Origin: Paraspadella gotoi
Lineage: Eukaryota > Animalia > Chaetognatha
Assembly (NCBI GenBank): GCA_051294375.1
Contig: CM119266.1
Span: forward strand, 6,341,431 to 6,405,240
Direction of reading: 5' to 3'
DNA length: 63,810 nt
Position 1 is the first letter of the stretch; each line of letters starts with the position of its first letter. This document shows positions 1 through 12,161 of this stretch, piece by piece. Under the pieces are notes generated by a model. That model was given only the letters and a program-made list of their open reading frames with translations, did no database searches and was not told the DNA's origin. The translations under genes were made by a program, and so were the position numbers.

Positions 1-236
1 AGGTGACAAAAAAGTTGTCACAGTCATGTCATTAGAACGATAGATGATAAAACTAGTAGAATTTTAGATGTTTACATTTTAATAAATTAAATACTTTTAA
101 AAACTTTGATTCATCGCGATTTAGAAATTTCAATACCTAAAACTTTGCGGTTATTTGTTCACAAACTTTATTTTTCTATTAATATAGACTATATTAATAT
201 TATAGTTCGTAATCGAAACTTGGATTTCTTTGACAG

Positions 237-1307
237 TGCACGCCGCCGACGGTCGCCCGCCTTCTTCGAGCGCCGCTAATAAAGCGGCGAGCAAGGCTTC
301 CGCCAAAGGTTAACACTGATTAAAATTACAATTAATTATATTAAGTTAATCAAAAAACATTAAACTTATCAGGAGCCAAGGGCGCGAAAACTCGAAAGGG
401 AAAAGACGCCGACGAATCGCGTCCACCGTCACAGAGCGTCGACGGCGCGCGGCAGCACTGGACGCTGAGAGTCGTGTCCGACGCAGCGCAGTCGGTAAGC
501 TGTCAAGCAATCTATCATTTCTAATATTTTATCGGAGCTTATGATTGCGAATATTTTTGAAAAATATTATTTCGTGCTTTGTTTGATTTTTCATTGAACA
601 AAATACAGTCGGAGTAGTTTTCAAAATGACCGCTAGGTTTCATTTTAACCTGGAAGAATGTTTTGGGCAAAACAATTGAACATATTTCTTAATAAGAAGT
701 TTATTCAAATGAAATCATTATATTAACAATAAAAGTAGGAATAAAAGAACTCCTTCATTTTTATTTAATATTTTCTTGTATATGAACAGTTAAATTACTA
801 ATTTTAATATAAAATTCAGAACCTAAAATTTTCCCCTTCCGTAACAGGAGGACATTGAAGTGAAGAAGGACACGGAGAGGATCGACGAGATTCGCGCCAT
901 CAAACGCGCGTGGGAGGAAGCGGAACCCGGCAGAGCAGCGCGCGCAGCAGCCTCGAGGCAGAAGTTCTTGGAAGAGAACATGATAAGGATAAAGGAGGAC
1001 GAGGAAGAGGAGGAGGCGGAGGTCAGGAAAGATTAAAATTATTTTATCTATTAATAATAGTATTATTTATAAATGCATGATAAAAATAATAGTACTCTTT
1101 TTACTATACGATTTAGGAAGAGGAGGAAGAGAAAGTGGAGGAGAAGAAGAAGGAACCGGGTAAAGAAAAACCGGCGCCGAAAAAAGGGAGAGGAGCAGCA
1201 GCGCCTCCGCCGGAAGTAGAGAAAGAAGTAGAACGTGAGTAGAGGGTGAAAACAAAAGATCAGCTAATGTAATAAATTATATGTTGATATTGATAATAAT
1301 AATAATA

Positions 1308-1392
<85 letters not shown>

Positions 1393-3514
1393 TATAATAA
1401 TAATTATAATAATAATAATAATTATAAGTAATAATAATGATATTACGTGTTTATATGATACATATTTATAGCGTTCTTTATTTATTTTTCCACTCAAACA
1501 CAGCGGCTGCAACGCCGAGACCCGAAGAACCCGAAATCCTTATGTTGACGCCTCCACGCCCGCCGACGCCGCGCGAAATTTTGGCGCCGTTCGATCGAAC
1601 GCCGTTTGTGATTCCGTTGAAACCCGGAGAAGAGGTGACCTACAAGGTAAAGTCGGGAATATTGGCCAAATGTCCTCGTATTTTTCGGGTGTGAAATATT
1701 GTCCTTATCGTTAAAATTGTAATTTAAATCTCAGATTCTCTTTTCTTTGTTTTCGTTCGATTGAAGCGACATCTGTTCTTATGTATTTTCGTCAGGACGA
1801 AGCTGAGATGCAACGCGACGCCGAAGAAAGAAGTAAACAAATGGAAGAATACAATGTTTTCCGAAAGGAAGTCGAAGAAAGAAGGGAACAGGTCAATTAT
1901 TTCCTTTCTAAGACGAAAAAATAGTTACGACGAGGGTGGGATTCGAACCCACGCGTGTAGAACACATTGGATTAGCAGTCCAACGCCTTAACCGCTCGGC
2001 CACCTCGTCTTGTTACGTATTCGTTGTTTAAAAATATTTATAAATTTGAAGTTTGCATTTCGATTTATTTTTTTTCTCAAATTTTTTTATCTTTACTAAT
2101 ATTTTCTTGATTTTACATTTTTTTGGAAACTCAGACTTCAAATAATTAAAAACGACTTGTAGTAAAAGAGACTCTAATTCCAAAGATACTAATCTTATGA
2201 AAACAGCAAGAAAGTCTTATTTCTGCCAGCGTGATTCATGTTTCATTGGCTATAAAGAAAAACTACAAAAAAGTAAAAAAATAATCAAAAAATATACTAC
2301 GAAAATAAAAGCACGCATTTCGCCCTCTGTTGACGAAAATTTAATGACATGACATGACATGACATGAGAACTGGAATAACTTTTCTCCCAAAATTGGTAA
2401 TAAGTATAAATTATACTATAATGATCCTTTAAACCCTTCCTTCCACAGGACCGACTTCTCCGCAACGCCCTCAAGATCGCACAGCTGGAGGAATGCGAGG
2501 CGTTGCAGAACGCGCTTGACGCTGCGCGGGCGCGTATCAACGCTCCGCGCGAGAGAATTCGCCAGAGATTCCTCGACGAAGAGCGGAAGCGGCAGGAGGA
2601 GCTGGCGGCGCAGGAGGCGGCGCTGCGGGCCGAGCAGGTCGGAGCAGGGCAGGCTGCTGCTGCCGCGGGGAAGATGGCGAGGACGAAGAGTAGGAAATGA
2701 GTAGAAAGGGGGGGAAATGGAGTGGGGAAGGGTAAGGTCATGAAGTAGGTATTTGAGGTGGGGTAAGGGGAAGGCGAAGACAGGGACAGGGCTCCGTTAC
2801 TGGTAAGAAACGAGGAAAGGGGCTTTTGTGAAAAAAAAGGAAACGGAGCTGGGATGGAGTGGTTAAAATGATAGATTTAGTTGTTCATTGTGTTTTATAC
2901 CATTGTAATTCCTATTGAAACCGGTTATCGATCACAAAGATTTCATTTTTAAATCAATGCACAATTTTGTAATAATTCTTTTTTTCAGTTTTTGTCACAT
3001 TGATTGATTAATTTTTAATTATTTAATTTTTATTTTCATTTTTATTTTTTCCTCGAGCACATCTCACTGCTTCATTTTGAATTTATAATTTGGATATGAA
3101 TTATTTTCGTGTATGTATATTTTTTTTGCTGACCAAAGAATTTGCTTGAGTAGTTTTAGTTTGGAATCTTTGTCGAGAAATACTCAGAAAAGAAACATAA
3201 TACTCATCGGACCATAACATACAATTGTGGACAGAGACAAAGATAACAGCACTGAAATACGCTTACTATGAAATCTTTTGTATTTAAAACTTAATATTCT
3301 TCCGCATGATGGCAGCACCAAAGTCGGAGAAACATCAACCGCATCCCGAACTAATCGAATTTACTTTTTGTTTATTTTTATTTATTTCAGTTTTGTCTTT
3401 TGTTTTCGATTCCAGGAGAAAAACGCGAGTTCGAGTCCCAAAGGAAGAAAAACTTCGGCGGGAAAAGGAAAAGGAAAGTCTTCGGCCAAAGGAAGCAAAG
3501 CGGGAAAAAAGTGA
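237..3514 (+). CDS. ADGB: Androglobin, 3' part (last 8 coding exons; 5' end lies outside the window)
   Basis: GT-AG exons in consistent phase: 237-308, 373-494, 848-1021, 1117-1234, 1504-1646, 1796-1891, 2449-2637, 3416-3514. The spliced product contains HWTLRVVSD..EDIEVKKDTERIDEIRAIKRAWEEAEPGRA, which I recognise as the androglobin C-terminal motif (human KKDTERADEIRAMKQAWETTEPGRA), followed by a coiled coil and a Lys-rich tail (SPKGRKTSAGKGK...KK*). AATAAA at 3948-3953. The donor after 2637 (GTCGGA) is weak. Confidence 0.88.
1293..1437. repeat. (AAT)n microsatellite in an androglobin intron
   Basis: About 48 near-perfect AAT units read directly; source of the spurious poly-Ile ORF 1264-1512. 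Confidence 0.95.
1928..2009 (-). tRNA. trnS-GCT: tRNA-Ser(GCT), 82 nt, antisense within androglobin intron 1892-2448
   Basis: Reverse complement is GACGAGGTGGCCGAGCGGTTAAGGCGTTGGACTGCTAATCCAATGTGTTCTACACGCGTGGGTTCGAATCCCACCCTCGTCG. It has a paired acceptor stem, A box, anticodon loop CTGCTAA, long variable arm, GGTTCGAATCC B box and G discriminator. A T6 Pol III terminator follows (A-run at 1916-1921 on +). Confidence 0.97.
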
Positions 3515-4132
3515 ATACAATTTATGCATATTTATTTTCTTTCCTTATTGCTTTATGCTTAAAGACTTTTTTTCGGTTTGAAGCCAAGTTGGTTATAATT
3601 ATTAAATCAATATTTTTTGTTTCTTCGTTTGGGGCGAAAGCCGGGGTTTACATTTTTTTTTCTCTTTTCTCTTGGAAGCGCGGCTCGTGTTACATTCCTT
3701 TTTTAAAACTTTCTTGCTTATAATTTTTATTTAAATTTATTTCGCTTAATTTTTCTTATATGACAAATATTTGTTTGTATTTAGTTTAAAGTATTTATAA
3801 AAGGGATTTTTGATCTCACGTTATCGCTAATGGTTTTCGTTTTATTACAGTTTTTTTTTTTTTTTTTTTTTGCGGAGTTGCACTGTAACCATAAATTTAT
3901 GATGCTAATGCTAAACTGACAATTGATTCGCCATTGCTCAACTGTTCAATAAACACTTATAAAAAGAAAAACACTGTTGTTTCATTAAGTAATAAGTTTA
4001 GTTTGAGATCATAACAAGATAATAAAACATTTATCACAAGTCATTTTGGAATAAGAACTGTATATACAAAACAATGTGTATTGAAAAAAGACATTAAAAC
4101 AACAATTAATAAAACAGCAGTTAGTTCAGTGT

Positions 4133-4888
4133 TCAACAGGAACAGGCGCAGCCGACGATGACGGGATACTTGACCGCGATCCACCGACATTTGGAGTCCG
4201 GATCGAAAGGCTCCACCTCAGCCTTTCCCCACCTCCGATCGCCGCAGAATTGATGCAGCAGCGTGAGGTGAGATTCCTCCGCTGCTCTGCAGCTCATTCC
4301 CGTTGGAATGCTGCAGGTCTTCTTCCGAGAGCAGCTACCCCTGCGGACGTAGCGCGGCCAGAATTCCTCGCCCAGTTCCGTCCATTCGTAGACGACGGGG
4401 CACTTGGCGCGCGACGCCACGAGTTGAATCAACTTTCTCCTGACTCGATGTCCCACCTTCGGCGACGCCGCCTCCAACATCCCGTCCACTTGACGCCGGA
4501 TTCTCTCCATCAGACCGGCGTCTTCGTCGTCGGCGACGAGCGGCGCCGCTCGACGATCCACTCGAGGATCCTCGATCGACATCAAATCAGTCAGGAAATT
4601 CTCTTCGCCCAAAAGTCGGAGATTCGCGAACCAAGTTTGACGCCGGACGGAAGCGAACGCCGCCTCGAGACTCGATTCCATCGCCGAGGAGATCGTGCGA
4701 CGCCGCGTGGAATCCGCGTGGCGCCGGTAGTGATTCGACGCGGCGCTGGTGGCGACGCCTGTTAATTCGGCGTCGTTGAGAGACGGCGTCGTTTCGAAAG
4801 CGGCGTCGTTCGCTGATGTGGGCGTGGCCGAAGATAAATCGGCGTTGACGACGGCGACGACGATGAGAACGACGATGGTTGGATTCAT
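4133..4888 (-). CDS. NOG-like: Noggin-family (noggin-like) secreted cystine-knot protein A, 251 aa, intronless, intact
   Basis: Signal peptide MNPTIVVLIVVAVVNA; LRLLGEENF..LMS motif; C-terminus CPVVYEWTELGEEFWPRYVRRGSC...C...C...C...CRWIAVKYPVIVGCACSC with the nine Noggin cysteines. Confidence 0.95.
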   Translation of the reverse strand: MNPTIVVLIVVAVVNADLSSATPTSANDAAFETTPSLNDAELTGVATSAASNHYRRHADSTRRRTISSAMESSLEAAFASVRRQTWFANLRLLGEENFLTDLMSIEDPRVDRRAAPLVADDEDAGLMERIRRQVDGMLEAASPKVGHRVRRKLIQLVASRAKCPVVYEWTELGEEFWPRYVRRGSCSRKKTCSIPTGMSCRAAEESHLTLLHQFCGDRRWGKAEVEPFDPDSKCRWIAVKYPVIVGCACSC

Positions 4889-4910
4889 GACGATTTGACG
4901 GAGACGGACA

Positions 4911-4985
4911 ATTTTTGTTTATTTTTATTTATATTTGTTTATTTTTATTTATATTTGTTTATTTTTATTTATATTTGTTTATTTT
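4911..4985. repeat. 20-bp AT-rich minisatellite in the 5' flank of noggin-like A
   Basis: ATTTTTATTTATATTTGTTT occurs 3 times exactly (4921-4980), with partial copies on each side. Confidence 0.85.
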
Positions 4986-5464
4986 TTTTTTAACTTTAAC
5001 TTTTAATCTTTCACAAACTTTTGTCAAACTTTGCGCAAATCTTTGACGAGCCTTTTCTTCGGACTTTGTATGATGACGAGAGTTTCGAGTCTCTTTATTT
5101 GTTTACAAAAAAAACTTTTCGTTTGTTTACGTGAAAATTTTCCGTAGAGAAATTCGAGTTTTTTTAATAAATTCGGGGGGGGGGATTAACGGAGAGAGTT
5201 TTGTGAATTTCGTTTTCGAAGAAAAAAGTGAAATCGGGTTTTTTTTTGTGAATTTTTGCTTTGACTTTTTGGCGCCAGGAAGAAGAGAGAGAGAGGGAGA
5301 GAGAGAGAAAGAGAGAGGGGAGAGAGAGCGAGAGAGAGAGAGAGAGAGAGCGCGCAATGTCCCCGAGTACACACAAAAATGATTTTCCCACTGTTAACGA
5401 GGTGATGAAAAAAAATGCAGGCCTTTACAATTCACAAATTGTCTCTCGATCTTCCCCTGTGTCT

Positions 5465-5900
5465 CTCTGGACGCTACTCTGTCTCCCTCAAACTGACTCC
5501 GTCTCCATCTGCGTTTTAAAAAGACTTTCCCATGAACATCCTTTGCCGCATCCGGCGACACTTTGTCTAGAAGAAAATCCACTCTCTCTCAATTCGCTTA
5601 TTGAGAAACATTCCCTTGAACATCCTTTGTCTCTTCTGGCGACACTCTGTCTCCCTCAAACTCTCTCCTTCTCCATCTGCGTTTTAAAAAGACTTTCCCA
5701 TGAACATCCTTTGTCTCTTCTGGCGACACTCTGTCTCACCGGAATTTCACTGTTCACAATCTTTGCTTTTTCCTTCACGTTTCCTTTTTCTTTTTATTTT
5801 TATTTCCTTTTCCTTTCGTCGGTTCCATCCCAACACCACCTGGACTCATCAGGCGACGAAAGCGGAGACTTCCTGCGCCATCTCACGCCGCTTCCGCCGA
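5465..5900 (+). promoter_or_regulatory. 84-bp tandem array A of Smad composite elements (GRCGNC-N5-GTCT), plus flanking CACCTGG..GGCGACG..CGCCAT block
   Basis: Exact matches at 5554-5568 (GGCGAC acttt GTCT), 5638-5652 and 5722-5736 (GGCGAC actct GTCT); one-mismatch copy near 5470. Period 84 bp. About 0.6-0.85 kb upstream of the noggin-like A start codon. The repeat is certain; enhancer function is inferred. Confidence 0.6.
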
Positions 5901-6433
5901 CGGATGGACGACGAAGACGACGACAACGACGACGACGCCTTAATCCGCCGTCCAAAAAATCGGAATCGTGCATCGGACATCAATCATTTTCCTCGATAGA
6001 GAATTAATTAAAAAACAAATGTTTTCATTCAGTTCGATTCACATTCACAAAAGAAACAAGCGGTGACCAGAGAAAAAGTGAACCGCCTCCGCGGCCGCCC
6101 CTTTTTTTCATTCGGTCCATCGCTGGCCCTTTGTTTTCCTTTCCCCTATTGTTTTCCTAGGTTCGGGTCACGAGAGGACGAAGGGCGCTGGGGACGGCGA
6201 GGGAGAAAGAACAACAAAAGAACAGCAGCATCTGGCGACGAAGCGACGGATCATCCGGAGCCGGATCGGGGAGGGGACGCGTCCGGCTGGCGACCGAGGC
6301 TTCGGGCGATGGAGTAGAGTTTTGGCTGGCAAGCGACGATAATCAATTAAATTGATACATACATTATATTACATTTATTACAGCTAATAATTGATCAGAT
6401 ATTGAAATTCGTGACGTGTTGAAATAAGCTTAT

Positions 6434-6485
6434 AAAATTGGCACTTTTTAATAGCCTTATAATGTTATTAAAAAGTGCCAATTTT
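6434..6485. repeat. Perfect 20-bp inverted repeat (hairpin)
   Basis: AAAATTGGCACTTTTTAATA (6434-6453) and TATTAAAAAGTGCCAATTTT (6466-6485) with a 12-nt loop. Confidence 0.85.
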
Positions 6486-7563
6486 TTCAAAAATTAATTT
6501 TAGAAAAGCGTCGTTAAAGTCATTTTTTTAGATTTGATGAATTAATGTAATTAAAAAATTAAAATTTAAAAATAATACTCATTTAAAACAACGATAAAAT
6601 TTCTCGAATAAGCTACAACACAACCAACAGAAACTTAAAAAAGGCGCCAGACCTGAAGGAGAAAGACGCAGACAGACGCACTTTGAAAGCTCGACTGAGA
6701 GCGAGACGATTCAGGAGGCGCCAGTCATTCGAAAGACGCAGACAGTCAGACACTTTTCAAAAAAAACAAAAAAAAAGCGACAGAGAGCGAGACGATGATC
6801 GAAGATTGTTCACGTGACCGAGACCGAGACGTTTGAGGTCACGTGCTTGAGAGATTAAAGACGAATTAAAATGACAACGATTTCGTCGAGTTAAAAGAAT
6901 CTCCCACTCAATGACTCCTTTCGATCGATCGATCCAAATCCGTGTCAGATCAGACGAGACGGTTGGGTCAACTCGTCTGATCTGACACGGATTTTTGTCG
7001 GGATTCTGTCGGGATTCTGTCGGGCATATTGATTGAAGAAGCCAGGTCGTTCGGATTTCGAGGTCACGAAAATTTAAGGAAAAAAAGTCTAATGAATTTT
7101 TGTTTTGTTTTAAAAAATACAATACTAATACTAGTGACACCGATAAATAAATGAGTTTTTAATAAAACCCTCAAATCTGTCATTTTATTTTCACAAATCC
7201 AGAAGAACGATGATTCTGTGATTTGGTATAAAAATATAAGTATAAAAATCTTTTTAAAGACCTTAAAACCTTTCAAAACATAAGTAATTAATAATAAAAA
7301 TAATAAGCGTAATTTCACGTGTAGATAAAATCTATAGTTAAAAATTAATAATTTGCTTTCCTAACTATTTTATATTTATGAGGCTCTCCGACTGTGAATC
7401 TCGCTCACGTGAGATGTTTATTTGTGATTCAAGATTCGAGTCTCTAATCTTCTCGTCCCCGGAGTCAATCGATCCTCCGGTGAATCGAAGCCCCCCACTC
7501 CCTCTCTATCTTTTCTCCGTCGTCTCTCTCTCTCTCTCGTCGTCTTAAGTACTCCTCTTCTCT

Positions 7564-7960
7564 GAACATCCTTCACCTTTCTCGCCTCATCCTTTGTCTC
7601 TTCTGGCGACACTCTGTCTCGCACCGAGTCACTCCGTCTCCATCTGCGATTTAAGACTTTTCCCATGAAACATCCTTTGTCTCGTCCGGCGCCTCTCTGT
7701 CTCCCTCTGAACTCACTCCATCTCCATCTGCGTTTCAAGAAAAACTTTCCCATGATCATCCTTTGTCTCTTCTGGCGACAGTTTGTCTGACCGGATCCCG
7801 CCAACTTTTCAATTTTGTTTATCGTCAAACATTTTTCGTTTGTTCAAACTTCCTGCCTCCTTTTTTCTTTTCTTTTCCTTTTTTCCTGCGCGTCCCTTCG
7901 TCTTCACACCTGGAATCCTCTGGCGACGAGTCGGCGTCCGCCAACGCCATCTCTCGCCGC
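7564..7960 (+). promoter_or_regulatory. Tandem array B of Smad composite elements, upstream of noggin-like B
   Basis: Exact matches at 7605-7619 (GGCGAC actct GTCT), 7688-7702 (GGCGCC tctct GTCT) and 7774-7788 (GGCGAC agttt GTCT); periods 83 and 86 bp. Followed by the CACCTGGAATCCTCTGGCGACG block at ~7907. Confidence 0.6.
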
Positions 7961-9119
7961 CTCCGTCGCGGGATGTGTCCTATGAGGCCGACGACGACGA
8001 CTACGACGACGACGACCGTTTGATATCCATAAATCAAAACCTCATTTCTCCCGAATCGATTCATAATTAATGAGTCCCTGTCAACAAACGAAACGCCTTT
8101 TTTTTCATTCCTCCTTCCATTTCCCCGTGAAATCGCCTTTCAATGGCATCACCGCTCCGTTCCATTGTCTTTCGACTTTCGACCGACAGAGGTCAGTAAA
8201 CGTGGGGCATCTGGCGACGAGGGCGGGGACGGCGACGGCGCGTCCGGTGCCGAGATCGAGGGCATCCGGTGCCGAGATGGAACCGTCGATCGCGCGGGCG
8301 AGGAGCATCCGGTGACGGATGGATAAACGCGTCGACGCTCCACGGGAGATCGACGCTTATTGGCAGGCGATCTTAGCGTGCGATTGGCTGATTGGCCAGA
8401 TTTCGAGGTCGTCCATTGGCTGAGTAGCAAACCATCGGCGATTGCGGGCGCTGATTGGTCGATCCACCTACTTCTTGTAGTTGTCTGGCACCGTAATCCC
8501 ATACATAAGTTATAACTGCGACGTACGAATATTTCACGAACATTTTATGGTTCCGGAATCCGTTATTAGTACTTGTTCACATTTATTTATTCATAGTAAA
8601 TCTATTTAATATTTAGTTTGGTGGCGAAAAAGAAACGTTTCGTAACCGACGACGACGACGACGACGACGAGAAAGCTGACAACGAGGAAGACGAAGAAAC
8701 CGACAACTACCGACGACGATGACGACGACGACGATGACGACAACGTCGGCGGCAACCTCTTCACCATGAATCCATCGAGTTTGAAATTTCGTCCTCTTCC
8801 TCCTCCGCCTCTTCCTCCTCCCCCTCCTCCTCATTTCTCGCCCATAAAAATCTCCGTCGATTCGTCGATTCATCACAAACTTTCGATGCCAAAACGAACA
8901 TCAGATTCGATCTCACAAAAAAAAAAAAAGATTCACTCGCTGATTCTCACAACTAAATTCTTATCCTTACGAAACTAAACCTCACATTTTTTCAAAGACT
9001 TGTTCTCTCATCAAAGAAATACTCACCTTTTTTTAAAATCTCAAATCTCAAAACCTTAACTTACTTTCCACATCCTCACCCTCTTCTCGAAATCCAAAAA
9101 TCTCCGCTCATCGTCCAAG

Positions 9120-9398
9120 ATGTCTCTCAAATTCTCCGTCTTAGCTCTCACCATCTTCGTCGCCTTCTCCACCGCCGGCGCCGCCTCCGTCTTCCGGTCT
9201 CGACGACGCCCTCAATCCGGCGTCGCGTCTCGTCCGGAGGCACACGGAAGTTTCGACGCCGCAACGCTGATGCGACGCAGCCTGGTACGCGCCTTCATTG
9301 GCGTCGCTTCCTCCGGCGACTGGTTCCACAAACTTCGTCTTTTGGGAGAAGAAAATTTTGTCACCGACTTCATGTCGATTCGCGATCCGCGAGTCGGC

Positions 9399-9431
<33 letters not shown>

Positions 9432-9875
9432 GGCGGCGCCAGCGGTGACAGAGCCGACGCCCTCGAGTCCCTGCCCGATCCTGAGGTGGAGCGGCGCCTT
9501 CGCGCAGCCGTGGACGACGCTCTTCAGGACGACGACGCGGCTCTCAGCGCCAAAGCAGGCGCCAAACTGAGAAGAAAATTGACGCAGCTCTTGGCGTCGC
9601 GCGCCCAGTGTCCCGTCGTCTACAGTGGAGGATCTGGGCGAGAAGTTCTGGCCGCGCTACGTCCGCACCGGCAGCTGCTCCGCCAAGAAGACCTGCAGCT
9701 TTCCTTCGGGAATGGGATGCAAACCGCGGAAGAATCTCACCTCACGCTGCTGCGTCGCTTCTGCGGCAGCAGAAGGTGGGGAAAGGCTGAGGTGGAGCCT
9801 TTCAATCCAGACTCCAACTGCCGGTGGATCGCGGTCAAGTATCCAGTCGTCACAAAATGCAAATGCTCTTGCTGA
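9120..9875 (+). CDS. NOG-like: Noggin-like protein B; three compensating 1-nt deletions in the cystine-knot region (probably sequencing error, otherwise a pseudogene)
   Basis: Signal peptide MSLKFSVLALTIFVAFSTAGA; LRLLGEENFVTDFMS; ends KYPVVTKCKCSC. Against paralog C, two bases are missing near 9624-9631 (tacagtggaggatctg vs tacgagtggacggatctg) and one near 9724 (aaaccgcg vs aaacccgcg). The missing conserved segment DLGEKFWPRYVRTGSCSAKKTCSFPSGMGCKP is present in the alternative frame (ORF 9625-9993). Confidence 0.88.
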
Positions 9876-10467
9876 AGAATGTCACAAAAAAAAAACACTT
9901 ATTTCGCCATTTCTGAAATTGGACAAAAACTTATTGCTACCTATAGCCATATTTCTAGCTCCTTTGACGAATTGTGCAACTGATACATTGTAATGTGTAT
10001 TAAACTATGTTTTTTATGTTAAATGTTCTGTTCAAGTTTCTCTGTTTCTGTTTTGCCTATTTATGTCAAAATTGTTGTCGCTCTCTGTGATAATGCTGTT
10101 TCTTCGAAATAAACAATTCAATTTCAATTTCTCTGACGCTTTTATTTAAAATTTAATTAAAAATGAGTGATGAGTAAGGTTTTGAGTCCGGTTTTAATAC
10201 ATTTATAAATTATAGGGTGGGAATACTCAAGAACATATCCAAAAATGTTTTGGGATGTAATATCGATATATATGTAAACGAGGCGATGCACTTTTGCACA
10301 GTTTAATATAGTTTTCTGATTATTTTATTAATTAAAGGTGGATGAAACACTTACAATAATACAACAATCTGCACAAGAATAGTACACAAATCCTAAAATA
10401 AACCGCATGGTATGTGTCTTCAGCGCATGCGCGAGATGCCCGATATTGCACAATTTTTTAGTTTATT

Positions 10468-11325
10468 CTACACTTTTATTTTCGTCGTCGTCGTCGTCCC
10501 CGCATCCTTTGGTTTCGGCGACGGCGTTGTCGTTGTCGTCGTCGTCGTCGTTGTCGTTGTCGTCCCCGCCGCATTTTTCAGAGTTGTCTTCTCCATTTGT
10601 TTGGGCTTCGTCGGGTTTCCGGATGGAGGCGTTGTGGTTTTTACCGGAATGGGCGTCGCCTTCGTCGTCGGTTTCGTCGTCGTCGTCGTCGATTTCGTCG
10701 TCGTCGGTTTCGTCGTCGGTTTCGTCGTCGGTTTCGTCGTCGCCTTCTTCGGCCCCCACTTGGGATATTTCTTGAGAAACTCCTCCTGAAAGTTGGGCGT
10801 CCTCACCAACTCTGTTCTTTCGATCGTTCGGAATTTGTCGGCGTCCGAGACTCGAATCTTCCTTCCTTCCAAAAAGATGTAACCGTTCTCCTGCTGCTGC
10901 GCCCTATACTCCGTGGCGTCCCGCTGCTGCTGCCCCCGCTGCAGCAGGAGCTTCATCCGGGGATGCGCGCTGAAGAAGACGAAGGTGAGGAAGACGGAGG
11001 CGGCGAAGAAGAGGAGGAGGAGGGCGAGACGGTGGCCGAAGCGTTCTTGAGAAGGAGAGGAGAGAGGGTGGGGGGGGCGGTTTGTTTATGTGTTTGTTTA
11101 TGTGTAGTCGTGTAGTTGTGTAGTCGTTGTCGCTTAGGATATTTTTGAACCCTTAATTTATCTATAAATCCAATAATTTACGCTTTTTTTTTTATTTATC
11201 CACTTGAATGTATATACGTATTCATATGCTTTTATATCCTCAAAAAATAAATGATTTCAAATTCATTCATATATTTTTAAATAATCTTGATACATTTATG
11301 CATATTTACCAGGAATGAACGTCAT
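10468..11325 (-). CDS. Orphan signal-anchored or secreted protein with a Thr/Lys/Pro mucin-like tail, ~197 aa, 2 coding exons
   Basis: Exons 11310-11325 (ATG ACG TTC ATT CCT G|GTAAAT) and 10468-11045 (CAAG|AA CGC) join in frame (594 nt): MTFIPERFGHRLALLLLFFAASVFLTFVFFSAHPRMKLLLQ...YIFLEGRKIRV...KYPKWGPKKA(TTKP)n...KIKV*. Hydrophobic N-terminus; GC-rich island in an AT-rich background. Confidence 0.65.
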
Positions 11326-11774
11326 TCTCAAATGTATGTTAAGCTTTCGTTTGCGGATGAAGTTTATTCTAAAATAAAAAGGATAAAATGTTAAATACGG
11401 TATTAGTCTGAATTGTAATTTTTTTTTTCTAACCAGATGCTAAAAAGTCGGGACCGAAGCGCGTTGCCTGGAAGCAAGTCAACGATTTCAAGTTTGCCGT
11501 TCAATTGCTTATTCTGTACTCATTTCTATACAATTGAAAGTCTATACATAATGCATGCAATAGAAATAAAAATGTAAGTAATCTTACGAGATTGGAATGA
11601 AAACTTTCGAGCAAGTTAAATAACAATTCAATTATGTTACCTAAAATTTTCTAAATTTTACTACATACTATGTAGTAAAATTTAGAACGTATTGAAAGTT
11701 ACATCAGAAAATTCTAAATGTCAATTATGAACAACATACCATTAATTTGTAAAAAAAATAATATTATGTTCTTC

Positions 11775-12161
11775 AATTTTCGCAGGAGGCTATATTTAAT
11801 ATTTATATATAGTATTAAATTATAAAATAGGCTTTTCTTAATTTTGATTGCTGATTTGAATTCCTCGTCAAAAGTTGATAACAGAAAATATAAATCATTT
11901 TTAAAAATTCTTTAATTAAGTGGGTTAAAAATTAAAAAAACTATATTTAATATATAAAATTTAAATTTTCAGCTTAAAATATAGGTTTTTTTTTATATTT
12001 GATCAACTTAATGAAAGAATTTTTAAAAAAGATTTATATTTCTTTATATCAACTTTTCATGACGAATCCAAATCTGCAAAAAAAAACTTAGAAAAAACTA
12101 TTTTGAAATTTTAACATTTATTGGATTAGTACTAGTATAAATATGGCCTACCGCGTAAATT
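11775..12161. mobile_element. Degenerate palindromic MITE/foldback element (~390 bp)
   Basis: Left end AATTTTCGCAGGAGGCTATATTTA pairs with right end TAAATATGGCCTACCGCGTAAATT. Internal AAAAGTTGATA..GAAAATATAAATC..TTTTTAAAAATTCTTT pairs with AAAGAATTTTTAAAAAAGATTTATATTTC..TATCAACTTTT. No coding capacity. Confidence 0.65.

Noticed and set aside
1264-1512. Poly-Ile ORF
   Set aside because: Translation of an intronic (AAT)n microsatellite.
5465-5740. 84-bp arrays as CRISPR arrays or as coding repeats (ORFs 5261-6007, 7418-7828, 37921-38355)
   Set aside because: The variable parts are homologous between units rather than unique spacers. Unit lengths of 83, 85 and 86 break the reading frame, and the ORFs differ in strand and frame between arrays.
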